DNA from: the human T2T-CHM13v2.0 reference genome, Homo sapiens
DNA length: 64,000 nt
Assembly: GCF_009914755.1 (NCBI RefSeq)
Contig: NC_060948.1
Direction: 5' to 3' (one strand)
Shown here piece by piece: positions 14,172 through 28,363 of this stretch. The position numbers and the translations under genes are program-made. The notes below the pieces were generated by a model. That model was given only the letters and a program-made list of their open reading frames with translations. It did no database searches and was not told the DNA's origin. Every line of letters starts with the position of its first letter. Position 1 is the first letter of the stretch.

Positions 14172-17100
14172 GGAATGTAGTGTAATGGACAGGCCTGGAA
14201 TAAAGTGGAATGCTACGGTCTCGAATGGAATAAAAATGTATGGAATGGAATGCAATGAAACGGAATCGAATGTCATAGAATGTAATGGAATGCAAAAAAA
14301 TGGACTCCAAAATCATTGACTGGAAAGGCTGGGTGTCGAAAGGAATTGACTCCAATGGAATGGAAGTGAATAGAATGGAACTAAATCGAATGGAATGGAA
14401 TTGATAGGAACGGAATGGAAAGGAATGCAATGATTTGGCATGGAATGGAATCGAATGGCATCGAATGGAATGGAATGGAATGCAATGGAATGGAATGTAT
14501 TAGAATGTAATGAACTTTAATGGAATGTACTCGAATGGATTCGACTGGAATGGAATGTTCTCGAAGTGAATGGACTCCAATGGAATGGATTCGAAAGGAA
14601 TGGAATCTAATGGAATGGAATTAAATGGAAATGAATCAAATTGAATAGAACGGAATTGAATTGAATGGAATCGAATGCAATGGAATCTAATGAAACGGAA
14701 AGGAAAGGAATGGAATGGATTGGAATGGAATGGGCTGGAATGGAATGGAATCGAAACGAATGGAATGGAATCGAACTGAAGAGACTGGAATGGAATGCAC
14801 TGGAATGGAAGGGAATGTAATGGAAGGTTCTCGAAAAAAATGGAATCGAAAGGAATGGAATTGAATGGAACGGAATAGAGTCGAATGGAATTGAATGGAA
14901 TGGAATGGACTAGAGTGAAATGGAATCGAACCACAAGGAATGGACAGGAATAGAATGGTCTCGAATTGAATGGAATCGTATGGAATGGCATCAAACGGAA
15001 TGGAATGGACAGCCACGGAATGGAATGGACACCCACGGAATGGAATGCACTCGAATGCAATGGAGTCGACACTAATGGACTGGAATAGAATGGACTCGAC
15101 TGGTACGGACTTCAATGGAATGGAATCGAATGGAAGGGAATCGAACGGAATGGACTCGAAGGGAAAAGACTGCAATGGAAAGGTCTCCAATGGAATGGAA
15201 ATTAATGGAATGGAATGGAATCGAATGAAATGGAGTCAAAAGGAATGGAATCGAATGGCAAGAAATCGAATGTAATGGAATCGAAAGGAATGGATGTGAA
15301 CGGAACGGAATGGAATGGAATCCAAAGGAATGGAATAGAATGGAATGGAATCGAATGGAAAGGACTCGAATGGAAATCACTCGAATAGAATGCAATTTAA
15401 TAAAATAGGATCAAATGTAATGGAATGGAATGGAAAGGAATCGAAACGAAAGGAATGGAGACAGATGGAATGGAATGGAACAGAGAGCAATGGTATAGAA
15501 TGGAATGGAATCATCTGGAATGGAATTGAATGGAATGGAATAATATGAAATGGAAAGGAATGGAATGGAATGCCCTTGAATTAAATGGACTGGAATGGAA
15601 TGGACTCGAACGGAGTGGAATGGAAAGTGTTGAAATAGAATGGAATGGACTCGTTTGGAATGGTCTAGTATGCAATGCAATCGACTGGCAGGGAATCAAA
15701 AGGAATGTAATCGAATGGATTGGACTGGAATGCAATGGACTCGAATAGATTGGAAACGGAAAGCAAAGGAATGGAATGGAATAGTATGGAATGCAATGGA
15801 AAGGAATGGAGTGGAATAGACTAGAGTGGAATGGAATGGACTCGAAAGCAATGGACTGGAATGGAACTTTCTTGAATGGACTGGAATCAAACGGAATGGA
15901 ATGCAATGCAATCAAATGGCATGGAATAAAATAGAATGAAAGAGAATGAAATGGAATTGAATCGAATGGAATCGAATGGATTGGAAAGGAATAGAATGGA
16001 ATGGAATGGAATTGACTCAAATGGAATGGACTACAATGGAATGGATTCGAATGGAAGGCAAAGGAATGGAATCTATTGGAATGGACTGTAATGGAATGGA
16101 ATGGAAGGGATTGGAATGGACTCGAATGGAATGGACTGCAATAGAAAGGATTCGAATGGAATGAAAAAGAATTGAATGGAATAGAACAGAATGGAATCAA
16201 ATCGAATGAAATGGAATGGAATAGAAAGGAATGGAATGAAATGGAATGGAAAGGATTCGAATGGAATGCAATCGAATGGAATGCAATCGAATGGAATGGA
16301 ATCGAACGGAATGGAATAAAATGGAGGAAAACTGGCAAGAAATGGAGTCGAAATGAATGGAGTGTTATGGAACCGACTCAAAAGGAATTGAATGTAATAG
16401 AATGGAGTGGAGTGGACTCGAATATAATGGACTGGAATGGAATGAAATCACATGGAATGGGAACGAATGGAATGGAATGGAAAGGAATGGAATCGAATGG
16501 AAAGGAATCGAATGGAAGGGAATGAAATTGAATCAACAGGAATGGAAGGGAGTAGAATAGACGGTAATGGAATGGACTCGAATAGAATGGACACGAATGC
16601 TCAAATTGAATGGACTCGAATGGAATGGAAACGAAAGGAATGTCATCGAATGGAATTGAATCGATTGGAATGAAATCACATAGAATGGAGTGGAATCAAA
16701 TGGAATTGAATCGAAAGGAAAGGAAGCGAATGGACTGAAATGAAATGGAATGGAATTGAATGGAAATTAATGCAATGGAATAGAATGGAACGAAATTTCA
16801 CGGAATGGAATCAAACTGAATGGAATCAAATCAATGGAATATAATCAAATGGAATGGAAAGGAATTGAATGGAGTAGATTGGATTGGATGGGATTGGAAT
16901 GAAATGTACTGGAAAGGACTCGAATTTCATGAAACGGAATGGAATGAATTGGAACGGAATGGACTCGAATGGAATGGAATGTCATGGAATGGCATCAAAT
17001 GGAATGGCATCAAATGGAATGGAATCGAATGCAATGGAATGCTATGGAATGGAATGGAATGCATTGGAATGGAATGTCCTCTAATGGAATGGATTCGAGT

Positions 17101-17720
17101 GGAATGGAATCGAATATAATGGAGTCGATTGAAATGGTATTGAAAGGAATGGGATCGAATACAATGGAATATACTGGAATGTAATGTAATGAACTCGAAT
17201 GTAATTGACTGGAATGGAATGTACATGAATGGAATGTAATCGAATGGAAAGTAATCCAATGGAATAGAATCTAATGCAATAAAATCGACTCAGATAGAGT
17301 AGAATGTAATGGAATGGAGTGCAGTGCAATGGAATGGAATGGAATGGAATGCAATGGAATGGAATGGAATGGAATGGAATGGAATGGTGTGGAATGGATA
17401 GTAATGGACTGGAGTGAAATGGACTGGAAATGAATGGATTCAAATGGAAAGGGCTCGAAAGGAATGGAGTCAAATGGAATGGTCTGGAATGGAATGAACA
17501 CGAATGTAATGCAATCCAATAGAATGGAATCGAATGGCATGGAATATAAAGAAATGGAATCGAAGAGAATGGAAACAAATGGAATGGAATTGAATGGAAT
17601 GGAATTGAATGGAATGGGAACGAATGGAGTGAAATTGTATGCAGTAGAAGAGAATAGAATGGAATGCAAGCGAAAGGAAAGGAATGGATTGGAATGGAAT
17701 GGAATTCATTGGAATGGAAG
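14172..17720 (+). repeat. Unit 5 (3549 bp), A-to-B chimera
   Basis: A markers up to ATAATC at ~16841; B markers (duplicated GGCATCAAATGGAAT, GGGATCG, AAAGTAATCC) from ~17000. Confidence 0.8.
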
Positions 17721-20700
17721 GGAATGTAGTGTAATGGACAGGCCTGGAATAAAGTGGAATGCTACGGTCTCGAATGGAATAAAAATGTATGGAATGGAAT
17801 GCAATGAAACGGAATCGAATGTCATAGAATGTAATGGAATGCAAAAAAATGGAATCCAAAATCATTGACTGGAAAGGCTGGATGTCGAAAGGAATTGACT
17901 CCAATGGAATGGAATCGAATGGAATGGAAGTGAATAGAATCGAACTAAATCGAATGGAATGGAATTGATAGGAACGGAATGGAAAGGAATGCAATGATTT
18001 GGCATGGAATGGAAACGAATGGTATCTAATGGAATGGAATGTAATGTAATGGAATGGAATGTATTAGAATGTAATGAACTTTAATGGAATGTACTCGAAT
18101 GGATTCGACTGGAATGGAATGTTCTGGAAGTGAATGGACTCCAATGGAATGGATTCAAACGGAATGGAATCGTACAGAATGGAATCTAATGGAATGGAAT
18201 TAAATGGAAATGAATCAAATTGAATAGCACGGAATTGAATTGAATGGAATGGAATGCAATGGAATCTAATGAAACGGAAAGGAAAGGAATGGAATGGAAT
18301 GGAATGGGCTGGAATGGAAAGGAATCGAAACGAATGGAATGGAATCGAACTGAAGAGACTGGAATGGAATGCACTGGAATGGAAGGGAGTGTAATGGAAG
18401 GTTCTCGAAAAAAATGGAATCGAATGGAATGGAATTGAATGGAACGGAATAGAGTCGAATGGAATTGAATGGAATGGAATGGACTAGAGTGAAATGGAAT
18501 CGAACCACAAGGAATGGACAGGAATAGAATGGTCTCGAATTGAATGGAATCGTATGGAATGGCATCAAACGGAATGGAATGGACAGCCACGGAATGGAAT
18601 GCACTCGAATGCAATGGAGTCGAAACTAATGGACTGGAATAGAATGGACTCGACTGGTACGGACTCCAATGGAATGGAATCGAATGGAAGGGAATCGAAC
18701 GGAATGGACTCGAAGGGAAAAGACTGCAATGGAAAGGTCTCGAATGGAATGGAAATTAATGGAATGGAATGGAATCGAATGAAATGGAGTCAAAAGGAAT
18801 GGAATCGAATGGCAAGAAATCGAATGTAATGGAATCGCAAGGAATTGATGTGAACGGAACGGAATGGAATGGAATCCAAAGGAATGGAATAGAATGGAAT
18901 GGAATCGAATGGAAAGGACTCGAATGGAAATCACTCGAATAGAATGCAATTTAATAAAATAGGATCAAATGTAATGGAATGGAATGGAAAGGAATCGAAA
19001 CGAAAGGAATGGAGACCGATGGAATGGAATGGAACAGAGAGCAATGGTATAGAATGGAATGGAATCATCTGGAATGGAATTGAATGGAATGGAATAATAT
19101 GAAATGGAATGGAATGGAATGGAATGGAATGCCCTTGAATTAAATGGACTGGAATGGAATGGACTCGAACACAGTGGAATGGAAAGTGTTGAGATAGAAT
19201 GGAATGGACTCCTTCGGAATGGTGTAGTATCCAATGCAATCGACTGGCAGGGAATCAAAAGGAATGTAATGGAATGGATTGGACTGGAATGCAATGGACT
19301 CGAATAGATTGGAAACGGAATGCAAAGGAATGGAATGGAATAGTATGGAATGGAATGGAAAGGAATGGAGTGGAATAGACTAGAGTGGAATGGAATGGAC
19401 TGGAAAGCAATGGACTGGAATGGAACTTTCTTGAATGGACTGGAATCAAACGGAATGGAATGCAATGCAATCAAATGGCATAGAATAAGATAGAATGAAA
19501 GAGAATCAAATGGAATTGAATGGAATGGAATCGAATGGATTGGAAAGGAATAGAATGGAATGGAATGGAATTGACTCAAATGGAATGGAGTAGAATGGAA
19601 TGGATTCGAATGGAAGGCAAAGGAATGGAATCTATTGGAATGGACTGTAATGGAATGCAATGGAAGTGATTGGAATGGACTCGAATGGAATGGACTGCAA
19701 TAGAAAGGATTCGAATGGAATGAAAAAGAATTGAATGGAATAGAACAGAATGGAATCAAATCGAATGAAATGGAATGGAATAGAAAGGAATGGAATGAAA
19801 TGGAATGGAAAGGATTCGAATGGAATGCAAACGAATGGAATGGAATCGAACGGAATGGAATAAAATGGAAGAAAACTGGCAAGAAATGGAATCGAAATGA
19901 ATGGAGTGTTATGGAAGGGACTCAAAAGGAATTGAATGTAATAGAATGGAGTGGAGTGGACTCGAATATAATGGACTTGAATGGAATGAAATCACATGGA
20001 ATGGGAACGAATGGAATGGAATGGAAAGGAATGGAATCGAATGGAAAGGAATCGAATGGAAGGGAATGAAATTGAACCAACAGGAATGGAAGGGAATAGA
20101 ATAGACCGTAATGGTATGGACTCGAATAGAATGGACACGAATGCTCAAATTGAATGGACTCGAATGGAATGGAAACGAAAGGAATGTCATCGAATGGAAT
20201 TGAATCGATTGGAATGAAATCGCATAGAATGGAGTGGAATCAAATGGAATTGAATCGAAAGGAAAGGAAGCGAATGGACTGAAATGAAATGGAATGGAAT
20301 TGAATGGAAAGTAATGCAATGGAATAGAATGGAACGAAATTTCACGGAATGGAATCAAACTGAATGGAATCAAATCAATGGAATCTAATCAAATGGAATG
20401 GAAAGGAATTGAATGGAGTAGATTGGATTGGATGGGATTGGAATGAAATGTACTGGAAAGGACTCGAATTTCATGAAACGGAATGGAATGAATTGGAACG
20501 GAATGGACTCGAATGGAATGGAATGTCATGGAATGGCATCAAATGGAATGGCATCAAATGGAATGGAATCGAATGCAATGGAATGCTATGGAATGGAATG
20601 GAATGCATTGGAATGGAATGTCCTCTAATGGAATGGATTCGAGTGGAATGGAATCGAATATAATGGAGTCGAATGAAATGGAATTGAAAAGAATGGGATC

Positions 20701-21269
20701 GAATACAATGGAATATACTGGAATGTAATGTAATGAACTCGAATGTAATTGACTGGAATGGAATGTATATGAATGGAATGTAATCGAATGGAAAGTAATC
20801 CAATGGAATAGAATCTAATGCAATAAAATCGACTCAGATAGAGTAGAATGTAATGGAATGGAGTGCAGTGCAATGGAATGGAATGGAATGGAATGCAATG
20901 GAATGGAATGGAATGGAATGGAATGGGATGGAATGGTATGGAATGGATAATAATGGACTGGAGTGAAATGGACTGGAAAGGAATGGACTCAAATTGAAAG
21001 GGCTCGAAAGGAATGGAGACAAATGGAATGGTCTGGAATGGAATGAACACGAATGTAATGCAATCCAATAGAATAGAGTCGAATGGCATGGAATATAAAG
21101 AAATGGAATCGAAGAGAATGGAAACAAATGGAATGGAATTGAATGGAATGGAATTGAATGGAATGGGAACGAATGGAGTGAAATTGTATGCAGTAGAAGA
21201 GAATAGAATGGAATGCAAGCGAAAGGAAAGGAATGGATTGGAATGGAATGGAATTCATTGGAATGGAAG
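17721..21269 (+). repeat. Unit 6 (3549 bp), subtype B1
   Basis: TTCTGGAAG, CGTAC 15 bp insertion, single ACAGCC, GTCGAAAC; B1 variants GAGACCGAT, CCTTCGGAATGGTGT, GGACTTGA, AGACCGTA. Confidence 0.85.
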
Positions 21270-24200
21270 GGAATGTAGTGTAATGGACAGGCCTGGAATA
21301 AAGTGGAATGCTACGGTCTCGAGTGGAATAAAAATGTATGGATTGGAATGCAATGAAACGGAATCGAATGTCATAGAATGTAATGGAATGCAAAAAAATG
21401 GAATCCGAAATCATTGACTGGAAAGGCTGGGTGTCGAAAGGAATTGACTCCAATGGAATGGAATCGAATGGAATGGAAGTGAATAGAATCGAACTAAATC
21501 GAATGGAATGGAATTGATAGGAACGGAATGGAAAGGAATGCAATGATTTGGCACGGAATGGAATCGAATGGCATCGAATGGAATGGAATGGAATGCAGTG
21601 GAATGGAATGTATTAGAATGTAATGAACTTTAATGGAATGTACTCGAAAGGATTTGACTGGAATGGAATGTTCTGGAAGTGAATGGACTCCAATGGAATG
21701 GATTCGAAAGGAATGGAATCGTACGGAATGGAATCTAATGGAATGGAATTAAATGGAAATGAATCAAATTGAATAGCACGGAATTGAATTGAATGGAATG
21801 GAATGCAATGGAATCTAATGAAACAGAAAGGAAAGGAATGCAATGGAATGGAATGGGCTGGAATGGAAAGGAATCGAAACGAATGGAATGGAATCGAACT
21901 GAAGAGACTGGAATGGAATGCACTGGAATGGAAGGGAGTGTAATGGAAGGTTCTCGAAAAAAATGGAAACGAATGGAATGGAATTGAGTGGAACGGAATA
22001 GAGTCGAATGGAATTGAATGGAATGGAATGGACTAGAGTGAAATGGAATCGAACCACAAGGAATGGACAGGAATAGAATGGTCTCGAATTGAATGGAATC
22101 GTATGGAATGGCATCAAACGGAATGGAATGGACAGCCACGGAATGGAATGCACTCGAATGCAATGGAGTCGAAACTAATGGACTGGAATAGAATGGACTC
22201 GACTGGTACGGACTCCAATGGAATGGAATCGAATGGAAGGGAATCGAACGGAATGGACTCGAAGGGAAAAGACTGCAATGGAAAGGTCTCGAATGGAATG
22301 GAAATTAATGGAATGGAATGGAATCGAATGAAATGGAGTCAAAAGGAATGGAATCGAATGGCAAGAAATCGAATGTAATGGAATCGCAAGGAATTGATAT
22401 GAACGGAACGGAATGGAATGGAATCCAAAGGAATGGAATAGAATGGAATGGAATCGAATGGAAAGGACTCGAATGGAAATCACTCGAATAGAATGCAATT
22501 TAATAAAATAGGATCAAATGTAATGGAATGGAATGGAAAGGAATCGAAACGAAAGGAATGGAGACAGATGGAATGGAATGGAACAGATAGCAATGGTATA
22601 CAATGGAATGGAATCATCTGGAATGGAATTGAATGGAATGGAATAATATGAAATGGAATGGAATGGAATGGAATGGAATGCCCTTGAATTAAATGGACTG
22701 GACTCGAACAGAGTGGAATGGAAAGTGTTGAGATAGAATGGAATGGACTCCTTTGGAATGGTCTAGTATGCAATGCAATCGACTGGCAGGGAATCAAAAG
22801 GAATGTAATGGAATGGATTGGACTGGAATGCAATGGACTCGAATAGATTGGAAACGGAATGCAAAGGAATGGAATGGAATAGTATGGAATGGAATGGAAA
22901 GGAATGGAGTGGAATAGACTAGAGTGGAATGGAATGGACTGGAAAGCAATGGACTGGAATGAAACTTTCTTGAATGGACTGGAATCAAACGGAATGGAAT
23001 GCAATGCAATCAAATGGCATGGAATAAGATAGAATGAAAGAGAATCAAATGGAATTGAATCGAATGGAATCGAATGGATTGGAAAGGAAGAGAATGGAAT
23101 GGAATGGAATTGACTCAAATGGAATGGACTAGAATGGAATGGATTCGAATGGAAGGCAAAGGAATGGAATCTATTGGAATGGACTGTAATGGAATGGAAT
23201 GGAAGGGATTGGAATGGACTCGAATGGAATGGACTGCAATAGAAAGGATTCGAATGGAATGAAAAAGAATTGAATGGAATAGAACAGAATGGAATCAAAT
23301 CGAATGAAATGGAATGGAATAGAAAGGAATGGAATGAAATGGAATGGAAAGGATTCGAATGGAATGCAATCGAATGGAATGGAATCGAACGGAATGGAAT
23401 AAAATGGAAGAAAACTGGCAAGAAATGGAATCGAAATGAATGGAGTGTTATGGAACGGACTCAAAAGGAATTGAATGTAATAGAATGGAGTGGAGTGAAC
23501 TCGAATATAATGGACTGGAATGGAATGAAATCACATGGAATGGGAACGAATGGAATGGAATGGAAAGGAATGGAATCGAATGGAAAGGAATCGAACGGAA
23601 GGGAATGAAATTGAATCAACAGGAATGGAAGGGAATAGAATAGACTGTAATGGAATGGACACGAATAGAATGGACACGAATGCTCAAATTGAATGGACTC
23701 GAATGGAATGGAAAGGAAAGGAAAGTCATCGAATGGAATTGAATCGATTGGAATGAAATCGCATAGAATGGAGTGGAATCAAATGGAATTGAATCGAAAG
23801 GAAAGGAAGCGAATGGACTGAAATGAAATGGAATGGAATGGAATGGAAAGTAATGCAATGGAATAGAATGGAAAGAAATTTCACGGAATGGAATCAAACT
23901 GAATGGAATCAAATCAATGGAATCTAATCAAATGGAATGGAAAGGAATTGAATGGAGTATATTGGATTGGATGGGATTGGAATGAAATGTACTGGAAAGG
24001 ACTCGAATTTCATGAAACGGAATGGAATGAATTGGAACGGAATGGACTCGAATGGAATGGAATGACATGGAATGGCATCAAATGGAATGGCATCAAATGG
24101 AATGGAATCGAATACAATGGAATGCTATGGAATGGAATGGAATGCATTGGAATGGAATGTCCTCTAATGGAATGGATTCGAGTGGAATGGAATCGAATAT

Positions 24201-24818
24201 AATGGAGTCGAATGAAATGGAATTGAAAGGAATGGGATCGAATAGAATGGAATATACTGGAATGTAATGTAATGAACTCGAATGTAATTGACTGGAATGG
24301 AATGTACATGAATGGAATGTAATCGAATGGAAAGTAATCCAATGGAATAGAATCTAATGCAATAAAATCGACTCAGATAGAGTAGAATGTAATGGAATGG
24401 AGTGCAGTGCAATGGAATGGAATGGAATGGAATGCAATGGAATGGAATGGAATGGAATGGAATGGGATGGAATGGGGTGGAATGGTATGGAATGGATAGT
24501 AATGGACTGGAGTGAAATGGACTGGAAAGGAATGGACTCAAATTGAAAGGGCTCGAAAGGAATGGAGACAAATGAAATGGTCTGGAATGGAATGAACACG
24601 AATGTAATGCAATCCAATAGAATGGAGTCGAATGGCATGGAATATAAAGAAATGGAATCGAAGAGAATGGAAACAAATGGAATGGAATTGAATGGAATGG
24701 AATTGAATGGAATGGGAACGAATGGAGTGAAATTGTATGCAGTAGAAGAGAATAGAATGGAATGCAAGCGAAAGGAAAGGAATGGATTGGAATGGAATGG
24801 AATTCATTGGAATGGAAG
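21270..24818 (+). repeat. Unit 7 (3549 bp), subtype B2
   Basis: B markers plus CTCGAGTGG, GGCACGG, AGATAGCAATGGTATAC, 10 bp deletion ~22700, GAGTATATTG, GGGGTGG. Confidence 0.85.
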
Positions 24819-27800
24819 GGAATGTAGTGTAATGGACAGGCCTGGAATAAAGTGGAATGCTACGGTCTCAAATAGAATAAAAATGTATGGAATGGAATGC
24901 AATGAAACGGAATCGAATGTCATAGAATGTAATGGAATGCAAAAAAATGGAATCCAAAATCATTGACTGGAAAGGCTGGGTGTCGAAAGGAATTGACTCC
25001 AATGGAATGGAATCGAATGGAATGGAAGTGAATAGAATCGAACTAAATCGAATGGAATGGAATTGATAGGAACGGAATGGAAAGGAATGCAATGATTTGG
25101 CATGGAATGGAATCGAATGGCATCGAATGGAATGGAATGGAATGCAATGGAATGGAATGTATTAGAATGTAATGAACTTTAATGGAATGTACTCGAATGG
25201 ATTCGACTGGAATGGAATGTTCTGGAAGTGAATGGACTCCAATGGAATGGATTCAAAAGGAATGGAATCGTACGGAATGGAATCTAATGGAATGGAATTA
25301 AATGGAAATGAATCAAATTGAATAGCACGGAATTGAATTGAATGGAATGGAATGCAATGGAATCTAATGAAACGGAAAGGAAAGGAATGGAATGGAATGG
25401 AATGGGCTGGAATGGAAAGGAATCGAAACGAATGGAATGGAATCGAACTGAAGAGACTGGAATGGAATGCACTGGAATGGAAGGGAGTGTAATGGAAGGT
25501 TCTCGAAAAAAATGGAATCGAATGGAATGGAATTGAATGGAACGGAATAGAGTCGAATGGAATTGAATGGAATGGAATGGACTAGAGTGAAATGGAATCG
25601 AACCACAAGGAATGGACAGGAATAGAATGGTCTCGAATTGAATGGAATCGTATGGAATGGCATCAAACGGAATGGAATGGACAGCCACGGAATGGAATGC
25701 ACTCGAATGCAATGGAGTCGAAACTAATGGACTGGAATAGAATGGATTCGACTGGTACGGACTCCAATGGAATGGAATCGAATGGAAGGGAATCGAACGG
25801 AATGGACTCGAAGGGAAAAGACTGCAATGGAAAGGTCTCGAATGGAATGGAAATTAATGGAATGGAATGGAATCGAATGAAATGGAGTCAAAAGGAATGG
25901 AATCGAATGGCAAGAAATCAAATGTAATGGAATCGCAAGGAATTGATGTGAACGGAACGGAATGGAATGGAATCCAAAGGAATGGAATAGAATGGAATGG
26001 AATCGAATGGAAAGGACTCGAATGGAAATCACTCGAATAGAATGCAATTTAATAAAATAGGATCAAATGTAATGGAATGGAATGGAAAGGAATCGAAACG
26101 AAAGGAATGGAGACCGATGGAATGGAATGGAACAGAGAGCAATGGTATAGAATGGAATGGAATCATCTGGAATGGAATTGAATGGAATGGAATAATATGA
26201 AATGGAATGGAATGGAATGGAATGGAATGCCCTTGAATTAAATGGACTGGAATGGAATGGACTCGAACACAGTGGAATGGAAAGTGTTGAGATAGAATGG
26301 AATGGACTCCTTCGGAATGGTGTAGTATGCAATGCAATCGACTGGCAGGGAATCAAAAGGAATGTAATGGAATGGATTGGACTGGAATGCAATGGACTCG
26401 AATAGATTGGAAACGGAATGCAAAGGAATGGAATGGAATAGTATGGAATGGAATGGAAAGGAATGGAGTGGAATAGACTAGAGTGGAATGGAATGGACTG
26501 GAAAGCAATGGACTGGAATGGAACTTGAATGGACTGGAATCAAACGGAATGGAATGCAATGCAATCAAATGGCATAGAATAAGATAGAATGAAAGAGAAT
26601 CAAATGGAATTGAATGGAATGGAATCGAATGGATTGGAAAGGAATAGAATGGAATGGAATGGAATTGACTCAAATGGAATGGACTAGAATGGAATGGATT
26701 CGAATGGAAGGCAAAGGAATGGAATCTATTGGAATGGACTGTAATGGAATGCAATGGAAGTGATTGGAATGGACTCGAATGGAATGGACTGCAATAGAAA
26801 GGATTCGAATGGAATGAAAAAGAATTGAATGGAATAGAATAGAATGGAATCAAATCGAATGAAATGGAATGGAATAGAAAGGAATGGAATGAAATGGAAT
26901 GGAAAGGATTCGAATGGAATGCAAACGAATGGAATGGAATCGAACGGAATGGAATAAAATGGAAGAAAACTGGCAAGAAATGGAATCGAAATGAATGGAG
27001 TGTTATGGAAGGGACTCAAAAGGAATTGAATGTAATAGAATGGAGTGGAGTGGACTCGAATATAATGGACTTGAATGGAATGAAATCACATGGAATGGGA
27101 ACGAATGGAATGGAATGGAAAGGAATGGAATCGAATGGAAAGGAATCGAATGGAAGGGAATGAAATTGAACCAACAGGAATGGAAGGGAATAGAATAGAC
27201 CGTAATGGAATGGACTCGAATAGAATGGACACGAATGCTCAAATTGAATGGACTCGAATGGAATGGAAACGAAAGGAATGTCATCGAATGGAATTGAATC
27301 GATTGGAATGAAATCGCATAGAATGGAGTGGAATCAAATGGAATTGAATCGAAAGGAAAGGAAGCGAATGGACTGAAATGAAATGGAATGGAATTGAATG
27401 GAAAGTAATGCAATGGAATAGAATGGAACGAAATTTCACGGAATGGAATCAAACTGAATGGAATCAAATCAATGGAATCTAATCAAATGGAATGGAAAGG
27501 AATTGAATGGAGTAGATTGGATTGGATGGGATTGGAATGAAATGTACTGGAAAGGACTCGAATTTCATGAAACGGAATGGAATGAATTGGAACGGAATGG
27601 ACTCGAATGGAATGGAATGTCATGGAATGGCATCAAATGGAATGGCATCAAATGGAATGGAATCGAATGCAATGGAATGCTATGGAATGGAATGGAATGC
27701 ATTGGAATGGAATGTCCTCTAATGGAATGGATTCGAGTGGAATGGAATCGAATATAATGGAGTCGAATGAAATGGAATTGAAAAGAATGGGATCGAATAC

Positions 27801-28363
27801 AATGGAATATACTGGAATGTAATGTAATGAACTCGAATGTAATTGACTGGAATGGAATGTATATGAATGGAATGTAATCGAATGGAAAGTAATCCAATGG
27901 AATAGAATCTAATGCAATAAAATCGACTCAGATAGAGTAGAATGTAATGGAATGGAGTGCAGTGCAATGGAATGGAATGGAATGGAATGCAATGGAATGG
28001 AATGGAATGGAATGGAATGGGATGGAATGGTATGGAATGGATAATAATGGACTGGAGTGAAATGGACTGGAAAGGAATGGACTCAAATTGAAAGGGCTCG
28101 AAAGGAATGGAGACAAATGGAATGGTCTGGAATGGAATGAACACGAATGTAATGCAATCCAATAGAATAGAGTCGAATGGCATGGAATATAAAGAAATGG
28201 AATCGAAGAGAATAGAAACAAATGGAATGGAATTGAATGGAATGGAATTGAATGGAATGGGAACGAATGGAGTGAAATTGTATGCAGTAGAAGAGAATAG
28301 AATGGAATGCAAGCGAAAGGAAAGGAATGGATTGGAATGGAATGGAATTCATTGGAATGGAAG
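24819..28363 (+). repeat. Unit 8 (3545 bp), subtype B1
   Basis: Shares B1 variants with unit 6; private 4 bp deletion at ~26525. Confidence 0.85.

Noticed and set aside
22480-23421. Longest ORFs (305-313 aa) in B units
   Set aside because: They are chance fusions of frames caused by pentamer indels; the composition is the same low-complexity S/I/P/F/H pattern.
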